A stretch of 62,951 bases of DNA, filler included, from Octopus bimaculoides (Eukaryota), in NCBI RefSeq assembly GCF_001194135.2. It is 6 parts of 4 records of this genome, joined end to end, with 100 filler letters (N's around TTAATTAATTAA, not from the genome) between each part and the next. Parts side by side here need not be neighbours in the genome. Positions count along the whole stretch, not along the records: positions 23,866 to 43,547 come from NC_068983.1; 5 more parts are not named here. One strand, written 5' to 3'. Under the pieces are notes generated by a model. It was given only the letters and a program-made list of their open reading frames with translations, did not search any database and was not told the DNA's origin. Numbering within the stretch: the stretch's first letter is position 1; every line of letters begins with the position of its first letter. Made by a program: the position numbers and the translations under genes. Below, piece by piece: positions 24,066-37,050 of the stretch.

Positions 24066-26003
24066 CATCATCATCATTTAACGTCCGCTTTCCATGCTAG
24101 CATGAGTTGGACGATTTGACTGGGGACTGGTGAACCAGATGGCTACACCAGACTCCAATCTGATCTGGCAGAGTTTCTATAGCTGGATGCCCTTCCTAAC
24201 GCCAACCACTCCAAGAGTGTAGTGGGTGATTTTTACGTGCCACAGGCACAAGGGCCAGTCCAGTGGTACTGGCAACGGCCATGCTCAAATGGTGATTTTT
24301 TTACGTGCCACCTGCACAGGAGTCAGTCCAATGTTTTGTTTACATGCTACATTACAGGGATGTGCCAGTAAGGCAAAGCTAGAAGTGATCGCGCTCAAAT
24401 GGTGCTTTTTACATGCCACCAGCACGGAAGCAAGACAGCTGCTCTGGCAGTGATCTCGCTTGGATGGTGCTGTTAGCGCTCTACTGGCATGGGTGCCAGT
24501 CATCGAATTTGGTTCAGTTTCAATCTCACTCGCCCCAACAGGTCTTCGCAAGCTGAGTTTAGTGACAAATGAAGGAAGGTTGACATGGGTGTCAGTCATC
24601 GAATTTGGTTCGGTTTTGATTTCACTTGCCTCAACAGGTCTTCGCAAGCAGAGTTTTGTGTCCAAAGAAGGAAAGGTACACATAAGTGGGCTGGCTACAC
24701 CCCTGGTAAAGGCCACGGGTTATGGTCTCACATGTCTCGCCAGGTCTTGTCACACACAGCATATTTCCAAAGGTCTCGGTCACTAGTCATTGCTTCGGTT
24801 AGGCCTAATGTTCATAGGTTGTGCTTCACCACCTCATCCCAGGTCTTCCTGGGTCTACCTCTTCCACAAGTACCCTCAACCGCTAAGCTGTGGAACTTTT
24901 TCACACAGCTATCCTCATCCATTCTCACCAAATGACCATACCAGCGCAATCCTCTCTCTTGCACATCACAACTGATACTTCTTTGGTCCAACTTTCCTCT
25001 TAAGGTACTTACACTCTGTCGAGTATGCACACTGACATTACACATCCATCAGAGCATACTGGCTTCATTCCTTGCGAGCTTATGCATGTCCTCAGCAGTC
25101 ACAGCCCATGTTTCACTGCCATGTAGCATGGCTGTTCGTACACATGCATTATACAGTCTGCCTTTTACTCTAAGCGAGAGGCTCTTTGTCACCAGCAGAG
25201 GTAAGAGCTCTCTGAACTTTGCCCAGGCTATTCTTATTCTAGCAGCTACACTTTCAGAATATACCCCCGCTACAAACTTGGTCACCTAGGTAACTGAAGC
25301 TATCAACTACCTCTAGTTTTTCTCCATGGAATGTGGCAAAAGTTGTTCTCTGCACATTTTCAGTGTTTATTGCTCCTGAGCATCTGCCACATACAAAAAC
25401 TATCTTCCTAGTTAGCCCTCCTTTGATATTGCTGCACCTCTTATGTGTCCATAGCTTACACTGGGTATATCTTATAGAGTTTCTACCTACGCCTTTTCTA
25501 CAATTCGAGCAGGGCCATCTACCTGAAGGGGTTTGTGGTTTGTCTGCCTTCCTACTTATTAAGACTTTGGTTTTAGCTAGGTTGACTCTAAGGCCCTTCG
25601 ATTTTAATCTTTGCTTCCACACCTGAAACTTTTCCAGTTCTGATAGTGACTTAGCAATTAGAGCAAGGTCATCAGCATAGAGAAGCTCCTGGGTGCCTCC
25701 TGTCTTGAATTCCTGTGTTATTGCCTGGAGGACTATGATAAATAGGAGGAGGCTGAGGACTGAACCTTGGTGGACCCCAACCTCTACCCAGAATTCTTCA
25801 CTGTACTCGTCGCCAACCTTCACCCTACTGACAGCATCCCTGTACATGGCTTGTACAACTCTCATTAATCATTCATCTATCCCTAGTTTCCTCATTGACC
25901 ATCAGATAAGGGATCGGGGGGACCCTGTCAAAGGCTTTCTCCATGTTAACGAAAGCCAGATACAGAGGTTTATCTTTGGCTAGGTATTTCTCCTGCTGTC
26001 TTA
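24066..26003 (-). mobile_element. RTE-clade LINE, 5'-truncated, with RT, 3' UTR and (GAT)n tail
   Basis: Minus translation VGVHQGSVLS.LLFIIVLQAIT..ELLYADDLAL..GLRVNLAKTK..FSYLGD..RIRIAWAKFREL..LRWYGHLVRM; tail gacgttaaatgatgatgatg. Confidence 0.93.
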
Positions 26004-26539
26004 CCATAAATTAAATATCAGTTAAGTACTGGGGTTGATGTAATTGACTTATCCATTCCCCCAAAACTGCTGGCCTTGTGCCAAAATTTGAAATCAATAT
26101 TAAATAAGCACAGAAAAAATATGAATTAAGAGAATAGCATGTGAATTGTTATCAATAATATTAATATGCCAACTTGTTGTTTTTGTACATACCTGTGGTG
26201 TGTGTCACACTTCAAAGGAGAAGTGAGAGTGAAAGTAAGAGAGAAAGAGAGAGAGTGAAAGAGACAGTGAGTGGTGAGGGCGTTCGTTTTGTATTTTTAA
26301 ATGTTTATCACATTGCAAGAAAAGTAGATACATAGAATGAAAGAAAAGTTGATACATAGATACATATACACATTGTTAAATTAAAAGCGGGTGAGGGGAG
26401 GGGCACAGAGGAAGTGAGAGAGACAGTAGATACATAGATCAATAGAAAAGTTGATACATAGACACATTGTTAAATCAAAGACAAATAACTACAGCAAATA
26501 TTGGATGTCACTTTCATTTTTCATTACCACACAAGGATA

Positions 26540-26690
26540 AAATTAACCTGCAAGTGGCTGAGTACTCCACAGACATGCATGCCATTAACATAGTTCTCAG
26601 GGAGATTCAGCCTCACACAAAGTATGACAAGACTGACCCCTTTCAATTACAGCTACAACTCATTTTGGCCAGCTGAGTGGACTGGAGCAA
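26540..26690 (-). mobile_element. SINE family B/E composite fragment
   Basis: Matches reverse complement of the 47440-47545 body and of the ccactcagctg module. Confidence 0.6.
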
Positions 26691-27004
26691 CATAAATTTT
26701 GAAGTAGTTGGAAGAAAACATAAAAACATCCTATATAGGGACAGGAAAATCTTTTTAGTTGCTAGGGTCACTATGGGAGGTAATCCAGTCCTAACAGCGG
26801 TATTTGTGGGTCTCACCAATCTGGAGGCCAAGTCCCCAGATAAACACTGATGCGCAGGATGTTATTATCAAACTGAGCATGAGTCAAGGGTGAATACATG
26901 ATAGAATAGCAATTATTTCATCTTAGCTTTCACTGCTTACACTAAACACGACATTTTTGCCTTACAATATGGAATATTTCCTTTTCTTTCACACTTTTTT
27001 TTTT

Positions 27005-27335
27005 AAATGGCACTCTGTCACTTACGACAACGAGGTTCCTGTTTATCTGATCAATGGAACAGTCTGCTCATAAAATTAATGCGCAAGTGACTGGGTACTC
27101 CACAGACATGCATACTATAACATAGTTCTCAGGGAGATTCAGCCTCACACAGAATATGACAAAGCTGGCCCCTTTGAATTACAGCTACAACTCATTTTTG
27201 CCAGCTGAGTGGACTGCAGCAAGGTGAAGTAGAGTACCTTGCTCAAGAATACAGCTCACCACCGGGAATTGTACTCATGACTTTACAGTTGTGGGCCAAT
27301 TACCCCTAACCACTGAGCTACGCACCTTCACTCTT
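27005..27335 (-). mobile_element. SINE composite (family E head joined to family B 3' part)
   Basis: 27005-27185 matches family B 3' end; 27190-27335 matches the family E head of 47698-47830. Confidence 0.65.
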
Positions 27336-27865
27336 TTAACCACAGAAAAAAGGAGTGAAACAGTAGAGACAGAGAAAGGAAAGCCTCAGTCATTTACAAT
27401 GACTTTTAAAATGAAATATGATTGATCTTTTCTAGCTTCTTTACTTTTAACAATGAAGAAGTGGGAAAGGCATTTAGTAATGAATAGAGGGAAAATCTTT
27501 CAGGTGTTTACGTTTTTATTCTGGGAGTTCTAGAATGATTGAGTGTTAGTTCTCTCTTCTTTCCCCCACTCCCGGTACTTATTCACCTTCTTTCATAGTT
27601 CTTCATGTCTTTTAGTTTGGGGGAAAGACCATGTTTTTTTTTTTCAGGCACATTTAACGTTTTCTCTACAAACTACAAACAAGCTCCCCTCCCTTTCTTG
27701 TTTTTTTTTTCATACAAAAACTAATACAAATTTTGAACGGGGTATAACTGTGAAAAGAGCCCCAAAAATGGGTAATACCCCCTACAAAATGGGTAGTGGA
27801 GAAAAGTTGCCAACCATTGGCTACACGAAATTCAACTCTATACTTTAAAGAGTGTCTTCTACTAA

Positions 27866-28172
27866 CAGCCTTGGGCTGACCAAAGCCTTGTAAGTGAATT
27901 TAGTAGACAGAAACTGAAAGAAGTCCGTCATGTGTGTGTGTGTGTGTGTAGTATATGTATATATTTATGTGTGTGTGTTTCTATCTGCTTGTCCCTCACC
28001 ACCATTGTTTGACAACCAATGTTGGTGTGTTTGCATCCCTGTAACTTAACTGTTCATAGAATAAGCACCGGGCTTACAGGGAGTAAGTCCAAGGGTCGAT
28101 TTCTTTGACTAAAGTGCAGTGCTACAGCATGGCTACCGTCAAGGGACTCAAACAAATAAAAGAATAAAAGAA
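27866..28172 (+). mobile_element. SINE family A, 5'-truncated
   Basis: Similarity to 28700-29012. Confidence 0.75.
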
Positions 28173-28617
28173 TACCAGAAGAACATTCCATACCACTAAA
28201 CCAAGAAAGTTCTTTGAATATGTACGATGTATATCAAGGCTAAATAGTAATTCTGTTTATTCTTGCGTAACTGAGATATTTTGTTGGATTATATAGTTTA
28301 CACTTCTTTCTGTATTCTGTAAGCGTCACAATATAGAAACATTTCTCATGGCACCAGCACACAATTTACAGATGCTTACATTTTTTATGTTTTCTGTGAA
28401 GTTTTCATGGGTCCAGCTAGTTATTATTATTACTACTAATTTTTCTTTTATCTTTCTTGAAAAATTAGCATGTAAATTTATATTTGCACTAATATAACAT
28501 TTTCACACTTAAAAACTGCATTTGACACCATCTTTGTTAACAGAGTAAAAGATGTAAAGGAAAATATAAGAAGTTTCAAACATATAGATATATGTAGATG
28601 CAAATATATAACGATAT

Positions 28618-29012
28618 AGGCGCAGGAGTGGCTATGTGGTAAGTAGCTTGCTTACCAACCACATGGTTCCGGATTCAGTCCCACTGCGTGACACTTTGGG
28701 CAAGTGTCTTCTACTATAGCCTCGGGCCGACCAAAGCCTTGTGAGTGGATTTGGTAGACGGAAACTGAAAGAAGCCCGTCGTATATATGTATATGTATGT
28801 GTTTGTGTGTCTGTGTTTGTCCCCCCACCATTGCTTGACAACCGATGCTGGTGTGTTTACATCCCCATAACTTAGAGGTTTGGCAAAAAGAGACCGGTAG
28901 AATAAGTACTAGGCTTACAAAGAATAAGTCCTGGGATCAATTTCCTCGACTAAAGGCGGTGCTCCAGCATGGCCGCAGTCAAATGACTGAAACAAGTAAA
29001 AGAGTAAAAGAG
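28618..29012 (+). mobile_element. SINE family A, full length (tRNA-like head, microsatellite linker, body, gtaaaaga tail)
   Basis: A-box-like tggctatgtgg, B-box-like ggattcagtccc; more than 10 related copies in the window. Confidence 0.88.
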
Positions 29013-29455
29013 CACGTGCACACACACACACACATTGTCTACATTTTAATATTTATACCTAAAGGGACATAACTCAAAAGGTGAAATCAACCAAAATAGA
29101 CAGATTCAGTAACAAAGTACTAGGGTTGATATAATCAATGACACCCTTGAAGGCAGTGCTCCAGCATGGTATAGTCCAGTGACTGAAACCTGTAAAGAAA
29201 TGAAAAAATACATATCATGCACATGCACACGCACATACTAGCAGAGGTACCAAGCATTGATCAGGTGGCAAATATTACTTTTGTTTAATGATTTAACTTT
29301 TAGCAAATTTTTATATAGTGCTTTTGTACATAATTAAATTTACATATGTTTTTACTGTAATGCAGATATGTGTTTAAAGTTGAATGTTTTCCAGGTTTCT
29401 GTGATATTTGATGATTTTGAACTCATGCTTGTTGATAATTTTAATTTTGTCTCTT

Positions 29456-29617
29456 AGGCACAGGCGTGACTATGAGGTAAGAAGCTTGCTTCCCAACCAC
29501 ATGGTTTTGGATTTAGTCCCACTGCGTGGCACCTTGGGCAAGTATCTTCTACTATAGCCTCGGGCCTACCAAAGCCTTATGAGTGGATTTGCTAGGCAGA
29601 AACTGAAAGAAGCCCAC

Positions 29618-29660
<43 letters not shown>

Positions 29661-29876
29661 TTATGTGTGTGTCTGTATTTGTCTCCCCACCATCGCTTGA
29701 TAACTGATGTTGGTGTGTTTATGTCCCCGAAACTTAGTGGTTTGGCAAAAGAGACTGATAGAATAAGTACTAGGCTTACAAAGAATAAGTCCTGGAGTCG
29801 ATTCCTTTGACTAAAGGTGGTGCTCCAGCATGGCTGCAGGCAAATGACAGAAACGTGCAAAAGAGTAAAAGAGAGA
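29456..29876 (+). mobile_element. SINE family A, full length
   Basis: Colinear with 28618-29012. Confidence 0.85.
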
Positions 29877-29905
29877 CTATATAACACACATACATACATA
29901 CATAC

Positions 29906-29939
<34 letters not shown>

Positions 29940-29964
29940 GGGGAGATCCACAAAAAAGTACTCC

Positions 29965-30135
29965 ATCATCATCATCATCATCATCATTTAACATCCATTG
30001 TCCAAGCTACCATGGGTTTGACCAGGGCTGGGAGGCTGCACCAGACTCCAGTCTGATTTGGCATGGTTTCTACAGCTGGATGCCCTTCCTAATGCCAACC
30101 ACTCCGAGAGTGTAATGGGTGCTTTTATGTGCCAT
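29965..30135 (-). mobile_element. RTE LINE 3' terminal fragment
   Basis: (CAT)n plus sequence shared with 24066-24230. Confidence 0.8.
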
Positions 30136-30272
30136 TTTCCACAACTACAAGAGATTCATAGAGATAAATATCATTTTGCTCTGAGACACAAGGTGTGTTA
30201 TAGAAATCTGCTTAGACTCATGTCTCCAATGAATGAAACTATTTGTAGCTTTTATCTTTATACTGTGTACAT

Positions 30273-30312
<40 letters not shown>

Positions 30313-30434
30313 NNNNNNNNNNNNNNNNNNNNNNNNNNNNNNNNNNNNNNNNNNNNNNNNNNNNNNNNNNNNNNNNNNNNNNNNNNNNNNNNNNNNNNNN
30401 NNNNNNNNNNNNNNNNNNNNNNNNNATATATATA

Positions 30435-31480
30435 GGGTCATCCCATAAATAATGTGGGTTTTTTTTCAATTGCATGAACTAAAAGTTGGAGTGGGGACCA
30501 GATAAACTACCTGCATCAACTTGCTATAAAAGCAGGTAGTAATTTTACCTTGTCCTTATTCTTAGTCCAAGTTTTGAAGAGTGCTGTTCGATTTTAACAG
30601 TTATTTTTTCGAAGCAGTAATGGAAGTGACAAAGGAGCATATTTGGCATATTTTGCTTTATGAGTTCAATAAAAGCAACAACGCAACAGTATGTGTGAGG
30701 AATATTAATGTGGTATATGGGGATCAGACAATAAGTGTAAGCCAGTGTCAACGGTGATTCCAGAAATTCTGAGTCAGAAACTACAGCCTAGAAGACAAGC
30801 CTCATCCTGGAAGATCTGTAGAGCTTGGCAAGGACATCCTGCAAACCCTGGTGGAACAAAATCCCATTGTAACTGTTGAGGAACTTGCAGAAAAGCTTAG
30901 ATTTGGTCATTCCACCATTTATCAACACCTGCATGCTATCGGGAAAGTCAGAAAATTGGGTCAGTGGGTTCCTCACGAACTTCCTGAGTCTAATCGTGCA
31001 CAGAGAGTGAATGTGTACTCTTCTTTGCTGTCATGTCTCATGAATGAACCTTTCTTGGACCGAATAGTGACTGGTGATGAGCAATGGGTTCTCTATAAAA
31101 ATGTCAAGTGCCAAAGACAGTGAGTAGGGAAAAGCAAAACACCAGCACCCCAAGCTAAAGGTCTTTACCCACATAAGGTGTTGTTATCTGTTTGGTGGGA
31201 TATGAAAGGTTTAGTCCACTTTGCACTTTTAAACTCAAACCAAACAATAAAGGAGATCTACTGCAAGCAGCTTAAGTCAGCACTAGAAGAAAAATAACCA
31301 TCTTTGGTTTCAAGATGAAAGGTGTTCTTACATCAGAATAATGCTCAGCTACATACAGCGAGGATGACATTTCAGAGGCTGGAGCAATTTGAATGGGAAA
31401 CGATGTCCCACCCACCATATTCTCCGGACAGTGCCCCACCTGATTATCATTTATTCTGCAGTCTTCAAAATCATTTGGAT
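30435..31480 (+). mobile_element. Mariner transposon, degenerate, right end missing
   Basis: HIWHILLYEF..EDKPHPGRS..GQWVPHEL..RIVTGDEQW..WWDMKG..HQNNAQLH..HPPYSPDSAPPDYHLF; begins after TA. Confidence 0.9.
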
Positions 31481-31499
31481 TGTCGGTCAAATTGAGATA

Positions 31500-31950
31500 C
31501 CACACATAAAACAGAAGGAATTCTAACAGAAATGTTTTCTTTTTTCAGCAAGAGCTTTAGAGTGGATAGCATTTCTTGTTTCGCTGTTTGGTCTTTGTAA
31601 AAGATGTTTGCTTGGCTCAGCACATGAGTATACAACATAGGGCAAACCATGAAGGAAACAATGTATCAGTCCAGTTCCACCAACTCTGCGGGAGTATCTC
31701 TCAGGCTTGTTGATGGTCACTGCCAAGGGTTGGGAATTGAAGTTCCATAGCATATCTCATAGGATGAGGGGTGAATGCACTGAATGTAAACATGAAAACG
31801 TCTCTCTGGCACAACCAATCAGTCGTGGTGTCTCAATCCCCTGGGGTGTAGGAAATTTGATGGCTGGTCTTGTACGATTGCAGAGTTTTGATGTATCTGA
31901 TTTTGTGGAAACACACTGGATCATCCCAAACTGTGTGGAGGGACAGTAAA
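31500..31950 (-). mobile_element. Helitron PIF1-like helicase C-terminal fragment
   Basis: Minus translation SKLCNRTR..LIGCAR..LAVTINK..HCFLHGLPYV..TRN matches the helicase motifs LCNGTRL, FAMTINKSQGQ, FSHGQLYVA. Confidence 0.75.
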
Positions 31951-32130
31951 CTTAAAGAAACTTAAAAATCAGTTGGATAGTTGATAGCATTGTTAATGTG
32001 AACTGAGTTCTACCATCTAGATTGCACTGGTACATGTTGAATGATGGTACCATGAAAATCATGCACAATGTCATTTTTGGGAGCCAGGATATCACTTTAT
32101 ATAAAGTTATGTTTCAATATTATGTTTCAG

Positions 32131-33046
32131 GCAATCTCAACTTAAATTGTTCTCAGATGCCCAGTTGTGTATTGCTAAGCTCAGATATTCTCTCGTTTTT
32201 TGCTTTTCAATCTTGTCACTCATCCATTTACCGTTAACACTTTTTAATATGTATTATTATTTACATTCATTTATGTATTATTCACTAATATCTACTTTCG
32301 TAAGCTAATTATTTAAATTGACCCTTCAATATATAACTTCCTAAATCTCTCTCTCAGCCTTCATTCCTCCTTAATTCTTCATGTAATTTTCTAAATGGAA
32401 TTTCTCCTTCCCTCCTGTGTTCTCAAGTTGGCTACTTATTTTTCATACCGTCTCTCTAAATTAACCTTTGCTTGTTCGCAGTGCTCGTTCTGTCTGGGTT
32501 TCATGTTGGCTAAATTCTTTTTCATATTTTGCATACTATTCTCTTACTTCTTCCCACTCACTATGGCTCCTTGTGCTATTCTCTGCTACTATCATTGCTA
32601 TTGTCTCTGGCCCAGGAAGGAATGTCCATAATGTCTACTTCTGGTCGTAGCATACCTACAAAACACTTTACTCACATACTTCCTCCCTGTTTTTCATGCA
32701 ATCTCAACTTAAATTGTTCTCGGACACTCAGTTATGCATTGCTAATCTAAGATATTCTCTTGTTTTTCAATCTTTTCATTCATCCATTCACCATTAACAC
32801 TTTTTAATATGTATTATTATTTACGTTTATTTATTTATTTATGTATTATTTACTGATATCTACTTTCGTAAGCTAATTATTTAAATTGACCCTTCAATAT
32901 ATAACTTCCTAAATCTCTCTCTCAGCCTTCATTCCTCATTAATTCGTCATGTAATTTTCTAAATGGAATCTCTCCTTCCCACCTGTGTTCTCAAGTTGGC
33001 TACATATTTTTCATACCATCTCTCTAAATTAACCCTTGCTTGTTCA
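32131..33046. repeat. Local duplication of an approx. 345-bp block, period 567 bp
   Basis: gcaatctcaacttaaattgttctc at 32131 and 32698, colinear through ctctctaaattaacc. Confidence 0.9.
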
Positions 33047-33229
33047 TGGTGCGCCTACCCATTCCCTAAATTAACCCTTGTTCACAGTNNNNNNNNNNNN
33101 NNNNNNNNNNNNNNNNNNNNNNNNNNNNNNNNNNNNNNNNNNNNNNNNNNNNNNNNNNNNNNNNNNNNNNNNNNNNNNNNNCCTCTTTTTCCTCTCTCTT
33201 CTCCCTCCACCAAGACCAGATATCTCTCT

Positions 33230-34660
33230 TCTCCCACAACCATTACCGGATATCTCTGCACCACTGATGCTATATTCCTGGTACAGTAACTGCAGGAGAA
33301 ATACCTAGCCGAAGATTTACTTGGCTTTTGTTGACTTGAAGAAAGCCTTTGACAAGGTCCCCCGATCCCTTATCTGAAGGACGATGTGGAAACTGGGGAT
33401 TGACGAGTGGTTAATAAGAGCTGTACAGGGATGCCGTTAGTAAGGTAAGGGTCGGCAATAAATATAGCGAAGAATTCCAGGTAGAAGTAGGGGTTCACCA
33501 AGGATCAGCCCTAAGCCTCCTCTTATTCATCATAGTCCCCCAGGCAATAACAGAGGAATTCAAAGCAGACTGCCCCTGGGAGCTCCTTTATGCTGATGAC
33601 CTTGCTCTCATAGCGGAATTACTACCAGAACTAGAGAAGAAATTTCAGGTGTGGAAGCAAGGTTTAAAATCAAAGGGCCTTAGAGCCAATGTTACAAAAA
33701 CCAAAGTCCTAGTAAGTAGGAAGGCTAACACATCACAAACCCCTTCAGGTAAATGGCCCTACTTGATTTGTAGAAAAGTTGTAGGTAGAAACTCCTTAAG
33801 ATATACCCCCTGTAAGCTATGGATGCATAAGAGGTGCAGCAACATCAAAGGAAGGCTAACTAGGAAGATACTTTTGTGTTCGGCAGATGCACAGGAGCAA
33901 TAAACACTGCAGATGCTCAGAAAACTGATTCCATCACATGCCAGGCGAAGAAACTAGAATTAGTTGATAGCTTCCGCTACCTAGGTGACCAAGTCTGTAG
34001 TGGGGGTAGATGCTCAGAGAACATTGCCACTAGAATAAGAATAGCCTGGGCAAAGTTTAGAAAGCTCCTACCCCTACTGGTGACAAAGGGCCTCTCGCTG
34101 AGAGTGAAAGATAGATTGTATAATTCATATGTGCAAACTGCCATGCTACACAGCAATGAAACATGAGCCATGACTGCTGAAGGCATGTGTAGGCTCAAAA
34201 AAAATGAAGCTAGTCTGATCTGCTGGATGTGTAATGTCAGTGTGCATACACTACAGAATGTAAACACCCTGAGAGAAATGTTGGACATAAGAAGCATCAG
34301 ATGTGGTGTGCAAGAGAGACGACTGCACTGGTATGGTCATGTGCTGCGGATGGATGAGGACAACTGTGTCAAGAAGTATCACTCCCTAACAGTGGAAGGA
34401 ACCCATGGAAGAGGGAGACCCAGGAAGACTTGGGATGAGGTGGTGAAGCATGACCTTTGAACGTTGGCCCTCACAGAGGCAATGACGAAAGACCGAGACC
34501 TCTGGAGATATGCTGTGATTGAGAAGACCCAGCAAGGAAAGTGAGATCACAACCACAGCCTACACCAGTCTCGCATAACCATCCCATTTAAAAAGTACCT
34601 TTGAGCCATCGGGTGACATGCCATGCTTGAGGAGACCTATTGAGTCAAGTAAATCAAAAT
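33230..34660 (+). mobile_element. RTE-clade LINE fragment (RT, C-terminus, partial 3' UTR)
   Basis: LAFVDLKKAFD..GVHQGSALS..LLYADDLAL..FRYLGDQ..HWYGHVLRM..RGRPRKTW. Confidence 0.92.
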
Positions 34661-35059
34661 CAAATCACATCTACGGAAACTATTCTTATTGAGTGACATG
34701 TCTCCTATTGTTTGAGTCTTGTGTAAACTTTTATTCTCTGGAACCAAGAATAATTCTTTTCAGGAGACATACTGTTTCAATTGTTAAATGACAAAACTGG
34801 TTGCTTAAAGAATTTCTCAACTGAGATTTGTAGCTGTTGTTCATATTGGAACTGGTAATCCTTGCTTGCTATGGAATATACTGTACTTACAATAAGGATA
34901 TGTGCTTGGTTGTACATGACATACGTAAATGCTAAGTGTTTTATTTTAATTCTTATTGTGCTTGCTAACCATATGTTTGCAGTTATGCTGCTTTCATGAG
35001 AATGCCAAAGTTGTTGAGAAATGGATGAGGAACATCCATTTCTCAGAAAATAAAATAAA

Positions 35060-35700
35060 CGGATAACAACCTAACAACTTTGGCTACCCCATAATCTCTG
35101 CTTGGCATTGTTCCACCCATTCCTTTCTAAATAGGGTTCTCCAACTCTTAGTTACTGCCATTCCCAGCCACATCCAAGATATGTATCTGCTGCACACCAC
35201 TTTAACTCCATCTTTCTACCTATCTCTTCTACCCATACTCAGTCTCCATCTTCATCAACCTCCACAGTTCCTTCCCTTAGAGACTTCCGTTCACTTATAC
35301 CATCTCCTTTTCTGTCTATTTTCTCAAAATCTTTGTTACCATTGATTAACTAACCCTCTTCCTTCCCACAGCTATTTCTTTTATAAGCCAACCAACTCCT
35401 ACTCTTATCCTGACTTCACTGTTTCCCATCCCAGGCATTCTAAATCTTCCGTCCTCTCCACATAATTTCTATCCTACCTCTGTTATCATGATCATGATTT
35501 TGAAACCTAATCCTACCTGATGACTTTCCAATTTGTGTGTGAAGATTATGCCCAGACCATTGTTAATAATGCCCTCCTCTGCACCCATAATGTTAACCAT
35601 ATCTTCAAATTCACATCTTGCTCTTCCCCACTCTTGCTGGTTACCCTTCAAAAAGGAACTGGACATTCTCCTATCCATGATGCTGGATGACTCAGCATGA
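35060..35700 (-). mobile_element. Probable RTE LINE APE-endonuclease region, degenerate
   Basis: Minus translation ..MGNSEVRIRVGVGWLIKK.. resembles RTE APE motif W.GN....GGVG.L; degenerate. Confidence 0.5.
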
Positions 35701-35929
35701 AGTACAGATGAGGGCAGTAGTGACAAACTCCCTCATACGCCAAATGACCCCACAACCAAGGGAAAAAGCACATGCAGGAGTGATGATATGAAATCCCATC
35801 ACCCTGGAGAAATCAGCTAAAGAAGAATGATATGTCATGCTCCAGCATGACCACAGCTTCATGGCTGAAATGAATAGAATACATGTATGTGTGTGTGTAC
35901 ATACATACATATATATATATATATATCTT

Positions 35930-36135
35930 ATCTTTTTACTTGTTTCAGTCATAAGACTGGCCATGCTGGGGCACCGCCTTGAAAAGCTTTTATTTGAATG
36001 TATTGACCCCCACTAATTTTTATAAGCCTGGTACTTATTGTATCAGTTACTTTTGTCAAACCGCTAAGTTATGGGGATGTAATCTCACTAGCATCACTTG
36101 TCAAGCATTGGTGGGGGACAAAGACACACATGCAC
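35930..36135 (-). mobile_element. SINE family A body module
   Basis: Reverse complement of 28810-29012-type body. Confidence 0.75.
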
Positions 36136-36157
36136 ACATATATATATATATACATAT

Positions 36158-36915
36158 GATATGCTCCGTTGGATGTGTAATGTCAATGTGAATACCTGTC
36201 AGAGTGTAAGTATCTTGAGAGAAAAGTTGAACATTAGAAGCATCAGTTGTGGTGTGCAAGAGAGACGATTGCGCTGGTATGGACATGTGGTGAGAATGGA
36301 TGAGGATAGCTGCGTGAAAAAGTGCCACACCCTAACAGTTGAGGGAACCCGTGGAAGAGGTAGGCCCAGGAAGACCTGGGCTGAGGTGGTGAGGCAAGAC
36401 CTTTGTACATTGGGCCTCACCGAGGCGATGACTACTGACCGAGACCTTTGAAAATGTGCTGTGCGTGAGNNNNNNNNNNNNNNNNNNNNNNNNNNNNNNN
36501 NNNNNNNNNNNNNNNNNNNNNNNNNNNNNNNNNNNNNNNNNNNNNNNNNNNNNNNNNNNNNNNNNNNNNNNNNNNNNNNNNNNNNNNNNNNNNNNNNNNN
36601 NNNNNNNNNNNNNNNNNNNNNNNNNNNNNNNNNNNNNNNNNNNNNNNNNNNNNNNNNNNNNNNNNNNNNNNNNNNNNNNNNNNNNAAGCGTGGCCGTTGC
36701 TAGTATCGCCTGACTGGCCTTCGTGCAGGTAACACGTAAAAGCACCTACTACACTCTCTGAGTGGTTGGCGTTAGGAAGGGCATCCAGCTGTAGAAACTG
36801 TGCCAAATTTAGATTGGAGCCTGGTGTTGCCATCCGGTTTCACCAGTCCTCAGTCAAGTCGTCCAACCCATGCTAGCATGGAAAGCGGACGTTAAACGAT
36901 GATGATGATGATGAT
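36158..36915 (+). mobile_element. RTE LINE 3' fragment with (GAT)n tail (contains N gap)
   Basis: MLRWMCNV..LRWYGHVVRM..GRPRKTW; ends gacgttaaacgatgatgatgat. Confidence 0.9.
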
Positions 36916-37050
36916 AGGCTTCTTTCAGTTTCCATCTACTAAATCCACTCACAAGGCTTTGTTTGACACTTGCCCAAGGTGCCACATAGTGGGACTGAAT
37001 CCAGAATCATGGTTTGGAAGCAAGCTTTTTACTACACAGCCATGCTTGCA
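36916..37050 (-). mobile_element. SINE family A head
   Basis: Reverse complement of 28618-28780 with deletion. Confidence 0.7.
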
